Shown here: one piece after another, positions 49,744 through 58,823 of the stretch
Layout of the letters: each line of letters opens with the position of its first letter
How positions within the stretch are numbered: position 1 is the first letter of the stretch
Origin: Chloroherpetonaceae bacterium
GTDB taxonomy: Bacteria > Bacteroidota > Chlorobiia > Chlorobiales > Thermochlorobacteraceae
Length of the DNA stretch: 64,000 nt
Direction of reading: 5' to 3'
Assembly (NCBI GenBank): GCA_025055975.1
Contig: JANWWM010000080.1
Coordinates: forward strand, 3,635 to 67,634
Position numbers and translations under genes: made by a program
The notes under the pieces: model-generated
The model's input: the letters and a program-made list of their open reading frames with translations, nothing else
The model's database searches: none
What the model was told of the DNA's origin: nothing

Positions 49744-50724
49744 CTACTCTGCCTCTCTGAAATCATATGGGATATCGACGCTTTGATTGACTTTTTGAGG
49801 GATTGCCGAGAATTTCATCCGCTTCATTTTTGAGAGCACGCATCGGTTAAGGCTCTCGTTTTTGATGGTGGAGCTGGCGACTTGCGCGTTTGTGACGGCT
49901 CCGTCGGGCGCGATGATGATTCTCACGAGCATTTTGCCCTTCGCGTCGATGCTGCTGCGAGCGGCGGCGTAGCACTCTTCTATCGCTCCTTGATTTTTGT
50001 CGACGACCTTTTGGATTTCAGCTGCGGGGCGCAATCCCGTCTGCGTTTTCAGATTTTGAGCGCGCACGGCAAGGCGCAAGCCTCGTCCGCCCATTCCCGT
50101 GCCGCGCCCTGCGCCGCCGCCAAGCCCAGTTCCTCTCGTTCCCGTTCCAAGTCCGCCCGATCCTCCCGCGCCAAACCCAACTTCACCCGTTCCAAGTCCT
50201 GCGCCGCCGCCAAACGACGTTCCGCCAAGTCCCGTAAGTCCTCCCGCTGCGACGCTTCCGAGCACGCCTTCTCCCGTTCCCGTCGCGCCTGCCGTTGGCG
50301 TTGGCAATCCCGATACGTCGCTGAACAATCCTTCCAATGCGGCTGATAATCCTGCCTCGACCGCTGCGGCAACTTCGCTTGCCGCCTCGGCTCGCGCTTC
50401 AGCATTGGCAGCCAAAGCCGCCTCCGAGCCAGAGGCTTCGTCGGTCACAACCTCTTGCTGTCTTACATCGGGTGGTTGTGGTGGCTCCAAGTTTTGAACT
50501 TCCAGCGCCACAAGCTTCTTGGGCTTCACCTCGACATACTCCGTTCCCTCGATAGCCTCCTTGATGAAATAGATGAGAAGCAGAACGACAAAGAACGAAA
50601 CGGCAAGCGTCTGTCCGACGATGAGACGTTTTAACATTTCTTCGCGGATTTTGTATGCGAAGGGTTCTTTCGCATACCACCGCATTTCAATCTGGGAACC
50701 AAACTCTCTCGAGCGTGCCTTCAT
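49744..50724 (-). CDS. TonB-like energy transducer with AgmX/PglI (GltG/GltJ-type) C-terminal domain
   Basis: Single N-terminal TM, Pro/Ala then Gly-rich linker, C-domain 'RPAAEIQKVVDKNQGAIEECY...GKMLVRIIIAPDGAV...SSTIKNESLNRCV...MKF' with the two conserved Cys. Confidence 0.85.
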   Translation of the reverse strand: MKARSREFGSQIEMRWYAKEPFAYKIREEMLKRLIVGQTLAVSFFVVLLLIYFIKEAIEGTEYVEVKPKKLVALEVQNLEPPQPPDVRQQEVVTDEASGSEAALAANAEARAEAASEVAAAVEAGLSAALEGLFSDVSGLPTPTAGATGTGEGVLGSVAAGGLTGLGGTSFGGGAGLGTGEVGFGAGGSGGLGTGTRGTGLGGGAGRGTGMGGRGLRLAVRAQNLKTQTGLRPAAEIQKVVDKNQGAIEECYAAARSSIDAKGKMLVRIIIAPDGAVTNAQVASSTIKNESLNRCVLSKMKRMKFSAIPQKVNQSVDIPYDFREAE

Positions 50725-50742
50725 TGTTGTTTTCCTCCGATT

Positions 50743-51345
50743 TTACTTGGATTGCGCGCCACCAGCGCTTCTATCCAGCTCATCGATCTTCGCCATTTCT
50801 TCGGGCTTCATTTCCGTCGTCGCCCATTTTTGAACGCCGCCTCTGAACACTTCGTCAAGCGCGTTAATCATCGAGTCGTAAAGGCTTTCTTTGTGAATTT
50901 TCACGACCGTAACCACTTCCGATCTTTTCGTGTTTTTTGGATCGTTCAGGACTTGTTCTCTAATCGCTTGAACTTGCTTTTCAATCTGTTCGAACGGGAC
51001 GCGTTTTGGCACGTTGCTGGGACCTTCCAACCCTCTGTGAATGTAAACATTCCCGCTCTTTGCGATTTGAATCGTCATCACGAAGTCTGGATCGACGGGC
51101 ACGGGCTTGCTCGCCGCGCTTTCTTTTGGAAGTCCCATCAAGAAAACGTTGGGCTTGTTGAACGACGTCGTCACCATAAAGAACATCAAGAGAAGAAGCG
51201 CGATATCGACCATCGGCGCGAGGTCGACATGGGAGCTTTCGTCGCTTTTTTCGTTGTATTTTTTGATTTTGCGAGCTTGGGCGTTCGTTTTGCCTTCTCG
51301 CATTTCTTTTTTGATGCGGCGGCTTCTGTTTTCTGACGTTTTCAT
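50743..51345 (-). CDS. exbD: ExbD/TolR (AglS-equivalent) motor subunit
   Basis: 'VDLAPMVDIALLLLMFFMVTTSF' with the essential TM Asp; 'YDSMINALDEV'. Confidence 0.92.
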   Translation of the reverse strand: MKTSENRSRRIKKEMREGKTNAQARKIKKYNEKSDESSHVDLAPMVDIALLLLMFFMVTTSFNKPNVFLMGLPKESAASKPVPVDPDFVMTIQIAKSGNVYIHRGLEGPSNVPKRVPFEQIEKQVQAIREQVLNDPKNTKRSEVVTVVKIHKESLYDSMINALDEVFRGGVQKWATTEMKPEEMAKIDELDRSAGGAQSK

Positions 51346-51382
51346 TGCTCTTTTGCAGTTTGACGATTCTGCGAAATTGCGG

Positions 51383-51919
51383 TTATCTTTCCATCGTGGT
51401 TACCATTTGGACTTGCTCGAAGTTGACGCTCTTCATCGTCGTCATGATTTTGTAGATGATGCTAAACTTGACTTGCTTGTCGGCTTTGAGCACGACGGTT
51501 TGCTTGGCATCGGCAAGTCGGGCGCGCATCAGCACGTCTCTCAGCTCGGCGATGGCTTTGTTGACCTCGATGCTATCGTTTGGGTTCGGTATGCGCGCCA
51601 CTTCTATGCCTTCGGTGCTGCGCGCTTTGGCTTCTCCGTATTTTTCGGAGAGCGCCGCTATTCGCGTATTGACCTCGTCCATATAGACGCGAATCTGACC
51701 TTCTTTCGTGCTATCTCCGACCGTCACGGTAATGTATTGCTTGACGGGTTCGAGCAGCGAGGAAGACGATTTTGGCGTTTCAACTTTCAAGACTTCTTGC
51801 GGCGCGAACGTCGTGGTCATCATAAAAAACGTGAGCAACAAGAAAGCGATGTCGACCAGAGGCGCAAGGTCAATGACATCGTCGCCGCCGCCGTGCATAA
51901 AGAATCCGAAAAAGTTCAT
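51383..51919 (-). CDS. exbD: ExbD/TolR (AglQ-equivalent) motor subunit
   Basis: 'IDLAPLVDIAFLLLTFFMMTTTF'; 'VLKADKQVKFSIIYKIM'. Confidence 0.92.
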   Translation of the reverse strand: MNFFGFFMHGGGDDVIDLAPLVDIAFLLLTFFMMTTTFAPQEVLKVETPKSSSSLLEPVKQYITVTVGDSTKEGQIRVYMDEVNTRIAALSEKYGEAKARSTEGIEVARIPNPNDSIEVNKAIAELRDVLMRARLADAKQTVVLKADKQVKFSIIYKIMTTMKSVNFEQVQMVTTMER

Positions 51920-51989
51920 ACCCTTCCGCGATGTTTGATGGTTGGCTGAAAAGGAACGACAAACGAAATTGCCGTTCCTTCATTTGTCG

Positions 51990-52772
51990 TTACTGAGCGC
52001 GCTCGCGTTCCGAAATGAGATTTCTGCGCGAAATCGTAAGCGTTTGAATCACTTCGAAAGCCGCTTCGTCAATGAAATAGGTGAAGTTGTCGATTTCGGC
52101 TTTGAAGTAGTTGTACATCGTCGTTCCCACGATAGCCGCGAAGAGACCGCCCGCCGTGTTGTAAAGCGCTTCCGAGATCGCGCCCGACAGCGATGTCGGA
52201 TCTGGCGTGCCGCCCGCTTGGGAAATGGCGGCGAAGGCTCTAATCATTCCGATGGTCGTTCCCAAAAGACCGATGAGGGTCGCAATGGTCGCGATCGTTT
52301 TGATGGGCGTGAGGTTCGTTTCGAATTGCGCGGATTCGAAATTCGCCGCTTCGTCAATGGCTTTTTGGACTTCTTGAATTTTCGCGTTGAAGCGCGGCTC
52401 GACTTCATCGAGCGAGCGATAGCGCTCCAAGCCGCTGGCGATGGACGAGGCAATCGCGCTGCCGTGCTTTTCGCATTCTTGCAAAGCTTCGTTGATTTGA
52501 CCGTTTTCCAAAGCCTTCTTGACTCTTGCCATCAAGCCTTGAAAATCCCCTTTTCCGCGCGCCTTTTGATACGACCACACGCGCTCGGAGACCACGACGA
52601 TGAGCACCATAATCGCCGTCATCAGCGTGCCGATGATTGGACCGCCTTCGTAAAAATAGTGCAGCAGAGAGCCTTTTGGCGCGGTTCCGAAGACGAAAAA
52701 GTAAATCACATACGAGAGAATGAACGAGGTGATGATCACCGCCCACAGAAACAGCTTGTTGTTGTTTTTCAT
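51990..52772 (-). CDS. exbB: MotA/TolQ/ExbB (AglR-equivalent) proton channel
   Basis: 'TIATIATLIGLLGTTIGMIRAF', 'LSGAISEALYNTAGGL', 'YNYF'; GGAGG SD. Confidence 0.95.
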   Translation of the reverse strand: MKNNNKLFLWAVIITSFILSYVIYFFVFGTAPKGSLLHYFYEGGPIIGTLMTAIMVLIVVVSERVWSYQKARGKGDFQGLMARVKKALENGQINEALQECEKHGSAIASSIASGLERYRSLDEVEPRFNAKIQEVQKAIDEAANFESAQFETNLTPIKTIATIATLIGLLGTTIGMIRAFAAISQAGGTPDPTSLSGAISEALYNTAGGLFAAIVGTTMYNYFKAEIDNFTYFIDEAAFEVIQTLTISRRNLISERERAQ

Positions 52773-52853
52773 TGTGATGACCTCCGATTGAGTTGGTTGA
52801 TTAAACGCGAGTTAAGCTTTGAACTGAAACGAGCGACGCGAATATACGCTTTT

Positions 52854-55800
52854 TTATGGGACTTGCACGTTTTTCTGCTCCATTGAAAATTTCAGATAAT
52901 CCGTTCCGATAAAGAAGGCTTTTCTGAAATCGCGGAAGTTCTCGTCGAACTCTTTTTGTAGCATGTCGGCGCGGGTGATGGGCGCGACTTTCTCGCCCGT
53001 CGCCTCCAAGTCGAGTTGGCTTAGATAGAACTCGAGCTGACCGATTTTTCTCTTGATGGCGTTTCGGAACGTGCCAACGACGCGCTCGTAGTTGGCGATT
53101 TGCGCTCTGCTCTTCTGTATTTCGTTATACATCAAGCTCGTAAGGGCGTATTGCGCCGACGTGCCCGCCCGCTCAATGACGCGCGTTCCGAAGAATTCGC
53201 GCTGAGCGAGAATCGTCTCGACGGCGTTGCTTTGGTTCTTTTGAAGGTTGGCATTGTCGGCGTAGTAGGCGTTCAGCAGTTTCTTGCGCGGATCGTTTTC
53301 CGCAACGCCCGTTTGCATCGCGTTTGCCAACCGCTCGGAACGGACGAATTCCTCTCGCGCGACCTTTTTGTAGAAATCAATATCGCGTTGATAGTCGGCT
53401 TTTTCTCCCGCGACGAGAATGGGCGCATGCTTTGCGAAGAGATGTTGCTCGTCGGAGAGAGTTTGAACGCTCATTTTGAGCAATTTCTCGACCGAGGCTT
53501 GCGTTTTTTCGGCGGCGGAGGCAAGGTTTTTGAATGTCGCGGGAATGGCGGCTCTGATAGCCTTGATTTCTTCGAGACGATTTTTCATCAACGCTTTTCG
53601 CTCTTCGGGAAGGAGCGATTTTTGCGCTTTGGCGATGACGGCTCGGTCTAACTTCAAGAGGTTCAGAACGCTTTCCTGCGCGACGCTCAATTTGGCTCCG
53701 AGTTGGACTTCGACGGGGTTGTTCGATGTGGAGACCACCGCGTCCGTCAACGTTTTTTGCTGTCTCAACACGCTTCTTTGCTCCAAGAACTTGTCCGCGA
53801 AGTCAAACGCCATCATTCCGTTGTAGACGAAGTCGTATTCCTTCATAATCATATCCGCGTCGGTCGGGTCTTTGATGTGCTTCATATAGCCAGAAAGGAA
53901 CATCGCTTCGTAGAGGTTGTCGGAGAGTCGGAAGTTGCGGGCATACCGCTCGATGTCCGCTTCCGTTTCCTTCTGGCGATTTTGCCTGAACTTTGCCCAA
54001 AGCGCGCCGACGCTTGCGATGTCTTTGCCCACGTAACCGCGGTCGACTTTTTCGAACATCTCTTCCGCCTTCGCGTATTCGAGCATTGCGAACTTTTTGT
54101 AGAGGTCGAATCGCGCTTGGTTGGCTTGGTTTTGCAGGCGCGCCAGCGACTCTCTCATTCGTTGCAAGCGTTCAGAGGCGACGCGACCTTCTTTTTGAAT
54201 GAGGTCGATTTCGCTTTGGATTCTGCGCAACTCCTTTTCGGCTTTGTCCATTTCCGCGCCTCTGTTTTGCAGTTCATATGCGAGGCGTTGGAAATCGCGC
54301 TCGGAAATGGCAAGATCCAAAAGCTCGGAGCCGAGTTGGTTCGAGATTCTCTCGATGACCGTGTCTTGCGCGACGATCCGTTCCAAAATTTTCGCCAATT
54401 GCCTGTCGTAGATGTTGGCTTGCTTGGAACGGACGTAACGATTGAACTGGGCTTGCAAGGTGGAATCGGCGATTTTTCTCGCCTCTCCCTCGCTGTTAAG
54501 GATCTTCCTTGCCTCCCGCATGATGCGATTGGCTTTCGTATAGGCGATGTTTCCAAGTTGGAGATAGGCGGCGTTCTGAATGTAGCTCTGTCCCTCAAAA
54601 AGTCCCCTTCCGCGAGAGACGATTCTTCCGAGAGCGTCGGCGGCTTGGTCAAAGTTTTGCATCTCGATGTGCGCCATCGCTCTGACGTAGTCGGCTTCGT
54701 TGCGCATCGGCGAATCGTCCGAGACTTGCCTTGCCCACTCGATAGCCGCTTCGTATTGCTTGTTGCGATATTCCACCGTCGCCGCCAGAACGCGAATTTT
54801 GTCGGAATAGAGGTTGTCCTTTTTGAGATGCGGCTTAAAGCGCTCCAAATCGGCTTGAAACTGCTTGGCGTCGTTGTAGGCGTAGCTCATAAAGAGAATC
54901 CGATGCATCGCTCGAAGCCTGTATGGCGCGACCTTTGCGACCTTGAGTTCCGCAGCCTTCGGATTCTTCGCTTTGTCGGCGACCACGTCGGCGTATTTGC
55001 GACGGATTCTCGATAGGCTTTTGTCGATTTCGGCGATTTCCTCGTCGATGATTTGCGTCTGACGGTCAATGAGGCGCGCGATGTATCCCGCTTGCTCGGC
55101 GTTTTCTTTGGCTTTCGCGGCGGCAAGCAACGCTTGATATTGGCGCTTGACGACAAGCATCGAATCCTTCTGAGCGTTCAGGTCGGATTCAAGTTTCTTG
55201 ATTTCGCTTTCCGTTCTCTCAAAGGCGTTCATTTCGGCGTATTCGGGGGCGGCATACTTTGCGACGAGTTGTTCATACAGTTTTCTCGCTTCGGCGTAGT
55301 AGCCCAGTCCGAAATTGGCTTCGGCTCGGTAGTAGATGAGGTCTTCGACTTCGCCATATTCGTTCTTGTAGGCTTCTTGCAGATCGTCGAAGTAGAGCAG
55401 CGCCGTTCCATAGTCGCCACGGTTGTAGATGTTGACCGCCGACGCGAGTTCTATGCGGTAAAGCCGCAGTTTGAATTCGTCGTCGAAAATGTTCAACATC
55501 GCCTTGCGCATTTCTCGGTATTCGTTGCGAATCGCGTAGAAGCGAGCGTATTGGACGAAGCGTTCGTATTCGTATTTGTCGGCGAAGTTGTAGAAGGACT
55601 TGGCGTTGCCTTGATAGCCAAAGTCTTGAATGTTCAAGCGAGCGTAATCGCGCAGGAGCAAAACGAGTCGTTTTTTGCCCTCCAGCGCGAAGCGTTCCAT
55701 CGCTTCGCGCGTCCGTTCAGATTTCGCTCGCAGTTTTTCGAGCCTCTTTTTCGTTTCGGCGGCGAGTTCTTCGGCGGTTTCGACTTCCTCTTTGGCAAGC

Positions 55801-56246
55801 CTGATGCGTTCTTCATTTGCTCTCGCAACGGGGTCACGGTCGAGCTCTTCCTTGCTTTTTCTTGGCGCGGACTGAACGAGCTGGTCGTAGGCTTTCCGAC
55901 TTGAGTCAAGGCGAGAGATTTGTTTGGCGTAGGCTTTTTCGAGGCTGTCGATGTTGGCGGTTTGTTTGAGTTTCTTGTCAATGGCGGCGAGGATGTCGCG
56001 CTCCTCTTGCGGCGTGAACTTGTATTGGAATGGAAATCGCTTCGCTTCGTTGACCATCAACTCTATGTTGGTCGCAAGCGCGTGGAGATAGCGTTCTTTG
56101 CGCAACAGGTCGGTGATATACTGCCTATCCGACAGGAAAATGCTGTCGGTCGGCAGGTTTAGGTTCGAGTAAATGTCCTGCGCCTGCGCGAGAGAGGGCG
56201 CAGCGAGAAGCAGGAGCAGAACGATTTTGTAACAACGGTTTTTCAA
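52854..56246 (-). CDS. Large secreted TPR/coiled-coil protein, GltC-like
   Basis: SPI signal 'MKNRCYKIVLLLLLAAPSLAQA'; TPRs ('YYRAEANFGLGYYAEARKLY', 'AYLQLGNIAY', 'ASVGALWAKF', 'YEAMFLSGY') interrupted by long heptad coils; 'AQYALTSLMY' near the C-terminus. Confidence 0.7.
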   Translation of the reverse strand: MKNRCYKIVLLLLLAAPSLAQAQDIYSNLNLPTDSIFLSDRQYITDLLRKERYLHALATNIELMVNEAKRFPFQYKFTPQEERDILAAIDKKLKQTANIDSLEKAYAKQISRLDSSRKAYDQLVQSAPRKSKEELDRDPVARANEERIRLAKEEVETAEELAAETKKRLEKLRAKSERTREAMERFALEGKKRLVLLLRDYARLNIQDFGYQGNAKSFYNFADKYEYERFVQYARFYAIRNEYREMRKAMLNIFDDEFKLRLYRIELASAVNIYNRGDYGTALLYFDDLQEAYKNEYGEVEDLIYYRAEANFGLGYYAEARKLYEQLVAKYAAPEYAEMNAFERTESEIKKLESDLNAQKDSMLVVKRQYQALLAAAKAKENAEQAGYIARLIDRQTQIIDEEIAEIDKSLSRIRRKYADVVADKAKNPKAAELKVAKVAPYRLRAMHRILFMSYAYNDAKQFQADLERFKPHLKKDNLYSDKIRVLAATVEYRNKQYEAAIEWARQVSDDSPMRNEADYVRAMAHIEMQNFDQAADALGRIVSRGRGLFEGQSYIQNAAYLQLGNIAYTKANRIMREARKILNSEGEARKIADSTLQAQFNRYVRSKQANIYDRQLAKILERIVAQDTVIERISNQLGSELLDLAISERDFQRLAYELQNRGAEMDKAEKELRRIQSEIDLIQKEGRVASERLQRMRESLARLQNQANQARFDLYKKFAMLEYAKAEEMFEKVDRGYVGKDIASVGALWAKFRQNRQKETEADIERYARNFRLSDNLYEAMFLSGYMKHIKDPTDADMIMKEYDFVYNGMMAFDFADKFLEQRSVLRQQKTLTDAVVSTSNNPVEVQLGAKLSVAQESVLNLLKLDRAVIAKAQKSLLPEERKALMKNRLEEIKAIRAAIPATFKNLASAAEKTQASVEKLLKMSVQTLSDEQHLFAKHAPILVAGEKADYQRDIDFYKKVAREEFVRSERLANAMQTGVAENDPRKKLLNAYYADNANLQKNQSNAVETILAQREFFGTRVIERAGTSAQYALTSLMYNEIQKSRAQIANYERVVGTFRNAIKRKIGQLEFYLSQLDLEATGEKVAPITRADMLQKEFDENFRDFRKAFFIGTDYLKFSMEQKNVQVP

Positions 56247-56390
56247 GCGATGCGAGACGTTTTAGAACTTGCAAGATGCGACGATGCCAAACGCCGCTTC
56301 TGAACGAGATTATGGGTTATTTCAAAAAGCGCGTTTGACGGAAAAACTTTCGTCTTTGAACCGTTTGGAATTTTGAGAGCGAACTTGCGC

Positions 56391-56423
56391 GCAATATACG
56401 GGATTGACGGCGAAAAAAGCAAA
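56391..56423 (-). promoter_or_regulatory. Putative promoter of the Glt-like cluster (TTTG-N21-TATATTGC)
   Basis: Minus strand TTTGcttttttcgccgtcaatcccgTATATTGC; also readable as sigma70 TTGCTT-N18-TATATT. Confidence 0.5.
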
Positions 56424-56437
56424 GGTCGAGCGAAATC

Positions 56438-57409
56438 TCACGTTGCGACTTGCGCTTCGGCTTTCGCCAAGGCTTTTTGACGCTCCAAGAAACGTTCCGC
56501 GTCGATAGCCGCCATGCAGCCCGTTCCCGCCGCCGTTACGGCTTGCCGATAAACGCTATCCTGAATGTCGCCGCACGCAAAAACGCCGGGCACGCTTGTT
56601 TCCGTCGTGCCTTTCTTGGTAACGACGTAGCCTTTTTCATCGAGCTCCAATTGTCCTTCGAACAAGGCGGAGTTTGGGCTATGCCCAATCGCAATGAACA
56701 CGCCATCGCAGGCGATCTCGGAAATTTCGCCCGTTTTGACGTTCCTGATGCGCGCGCCCGTTACGACTTTGCCGTCGCCCAAAATCTCCTCCACGACGAC
56801 GTTTGTCATGAATCTGATTTTCGGATTCGCTTTGGCGCGCTCGAGCATAATCTTCGAGGCTCGGAACTCCTCTCGTCGGTGCAGAATCGTAACGCGCGTC
56901 GCGTATTTGGTCAAGAAGTTGGCTTCTTCCATCGCGCTGTCGCCGCCGCCGACCACGACGACCTCTCTGCCTTTGTAGAAAAATCCGTCGCACGTCGCGC
57001 ATGCCGACACGCCGTAGCCCATATACTTCCTTTCCGACTCCAACCCCAAGAGTTTCGCCGACGCGCCCGTTGCGATGATGAGCGTTTCCGCCATCACGAG
57101 TTCTTTTTGGTCGATCGCTACCTTGAACGGTCGTTGCGACAAATCCACCGACGTAACCGCGCCGAAGCGGCACTCCGCGCCGAAACGCTTGGCTTGTTCG
57201 CGCATATCCTCCATCAACTTCGGTCCTAAAATTCCTTGCGGGAATCCAGGGAAGTTCTCGACTTCGGTGGTGATGGTCAGTTGACCGCCCGGCTGTTTTC
57301 CTTCCACGACAAGCGGTTTGAGATTGGCGCGCGCGGCGTAAATCGCCGCCGTCAGTCCCGCTGGTCCCGAACCGATGATGACCACCTCGTAACGCTTCGC
57401 TTCCGACAT
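56438..57409 (-). CDS. trxB: Thioredoxin reductase
   Basis: 'IIGSGPAG', 'CATCDG', '[10 protein letters not shown]', 'HRR', '[16 protein letters not shown]'. Confidence 0.97.
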   Translation of the reverse strand: MSEAKRYEVVIIGSGPAGLTAAIYAARANLKPLVVEGKQPGGQLTITTEVENFPGFPQGILGPKLMEDMREQAKRFGAECRFGAVTSVDLSQRPFKVAIDQKELVMAETLIIATGASAKLLGLESERKYMGYGVSACATCDGFFYKGREVVVVGGGDSAMEEANFLTKYATRVTILHRREEFRASKIMLERAKANPKIRFMTNVVVEEILGDGKVVTGARIRNVKTGEISEIACDGVFIAIGHSPNSALFEGQLELDEKGYVVTKKGTTETSVPGVFACGDIQDSVYRQAVTAAGTGCMAAIDAERFLERQKALAKAEAQVAT

Positions 57410-57495
57410 CTGAATTTCCTATTGGAGATTTTGGCGACGTGGCGTTTGAAGTTACGAAACGCTCCGATTTTTTGAGCGTTCTCGCGCCCAAGCGT

Positions 57496-58164
57496 TTAGA
57501 TGTTTATCGCCCAAATGAAGTTCAAAAGCAACGTGTGCTCGATTCGGTCGGGCAATCTGGCGACGCGATTGATGAAGCGGTGTTGGTAAAGCGCGTCGAT
57601 CGTGAAGGTCGACTCTCGGCGTCGGATTCCGATTTGCGCTCGGTTTTGATTGAGAATCGGCGCTTTGGCGTTCCAAAAAATTTCGTCGTTTAGGAGCAGA
57701 AAGTAGTTTTCCCAAATCGGAACGGCGATTTCGGGGCGAAGCCGGAAGCGCGGGGCGGAAATGATTTCGACGAAGAAATCTTCCTTCGATCGCCACGTGA
57801 GTTTTTCGGCTCGAAATCGGACGCTGAACGGCGCGCTTTTGATTTTGCCTTCGACCGCGAGTTGAAGCGCGACGATGTCCAAGATGCGATCGTTGATTGG
57901 CGTTTGAATCGTGTAGCCCAAGCCCGCCGAGACGGGCTGCGCGACGCGATAGAAGCCGAACACGTTGAACACGGCGGCTTGGAAGCGCGAAGCGTTCTGC
58001 GTCAGACGCGCCTGCGCAAAGGCTTGAAACGAATACGGCGCGTCATCGAGCCGAATCGTTACGATCGCCGTCGTCCAACTCACGAAGTCGCGCTCATCGA
58101 CGGTTTGGGCTTGCGTTTGCGTCGCCAAACATGCAAGCCACAGGCGCAAAAGTCGCTTGAACAC
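57496..58164 (-). CDS. DUF2490-like outer-membrane beta-barrel protein
   Basis: Probable GTG start 58164 with signal peptide; alternating strands, 'RFRLRP', 'LNDEIFWN', 'NQNRAQIG'. Confidence 0.7.
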   Translation of the reverse strand: MFKRLLRLWLACLATQTQAQTVDERDFVSWTTAIVTIRLDDAPYSFQAFAQARLTQNASRFQAAVFNVFGFYRVAQPVSAGLGYTIQTPINDRILDIVALQLAVEGKIKSAPFSVRFRAEKLTWRSKEDFFVEIISAPRFRLRPEIAVPIWENYFLLLNDEIFWNAKAPILNQNRAQIGIRRRESTFTIDALYQHRFINRVARLPDRIEHTLLLNFIWAINI

Positions 58165-58234
58165 GTCGTTGAAAGTTCGTTTGATGCGGCGCGCGAAGTT
58201 ACGACTTTCGCTTCGCGGATGTTCCGATTTTTCC

Positions 58235-58271
58235 AAAAACGCGAAGGGCAGGTTTTGAGCCTGCCCCTCGC
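58235..58271 (-). terminator. Terminator after the bacilliredoxin gene
   Basis: Minus strand gcgaggggcagg-N7-cctgcccttcgc-gttttt. Confidence 0.7.
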
Positions 58272-58301
58272 CAAGCGGTCGTCGCTTTTCGCCGCGTCGG
58301 C

Positions 58302-58751
58302 TCATGCGGAACGCTCGGCTTCCTTCTTGAAGTATTTGTTGTAAATGTTCTTCAAGTCGTTGGCGATCATTTCGGCGGAACGCGCCTCGATTTGATGACG
58401 GTGCATAATGCCCAAGAACTTGCCATCTTTGAAGAAGGCGATGGAGGGCGACGATGGCGGCGCGTCGCCGAAGTAGGTTCGGGCGCGAGCCGTCGCTTCC
58501 TTGTCTTGTCCCGCGAAAACCGTGAAGAGATTGTCGGGCACGACCTCGTTTTGAAGCGACATCACGAAGCCCGGACGCGCCTTGCCCGCCGCGCAACCGC
58601 AGACGGAATTGACGAAGACGACCGTCGAGCCTTTGGCGTTTGGCAAATGCGCATCGACTTCTTCGGGCGTGCGCAGTTCTTTTACGCCCGCGCGAGTCAA
58701 TTCGTCGCGCATTTGTTGAATCATCGCTTCGCGTTGAATGATGTCGAACAT
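58302..58751 (-). CDS. BrxA/BrxB family bacilliredoxin (YphP/YqiW)
   Basis: 'MRDELTRAG..ELRTPEEV', 'VNSVCGCAAGKARP', 'TVFAGQDKEAT', 'PPSSPS', 'RHQIE'. Confidence 0.93.
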   Translation of the reverse strand: MFDIIQREAMIQQMRDELTRAGVKELRTPEEVDAHLPNAKGSTVVFVNSVCGCAAGKARPGFVMSLQNEVVPDNLFTVFAGQDKEATARARTYFGDAPPSSPSIAFFKDGKFLGIMHRHQIEARSAEMIANDLKNIYNKYFKKEAERSA

Positions 58752-58823
58752 AATGGTTGTCGGTTTAAGGTTCGAGATGTTTTTTGGCAAAACGCGCCTT
58801 GCCTTCGCTTCGTTTTCCGACGC

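Noticed and set aside
49744..52772. Ordinary TonB-ExbBD uptake system or Tol-Pal operon
   Set aside because: No TonB-dependent receptor, TolB or Pal nearby; the transducer C-domain has the GltG/AgmX-type CY...C pattern; the flanking genes are giant secreted TPR proteins.
57496..58596. 366-aa ORF as given by the ORF track
   Set aside because: The 5' part overlaps the bacilliredoxin gene and its terminator; the real gene probably starts at GTG 58164.
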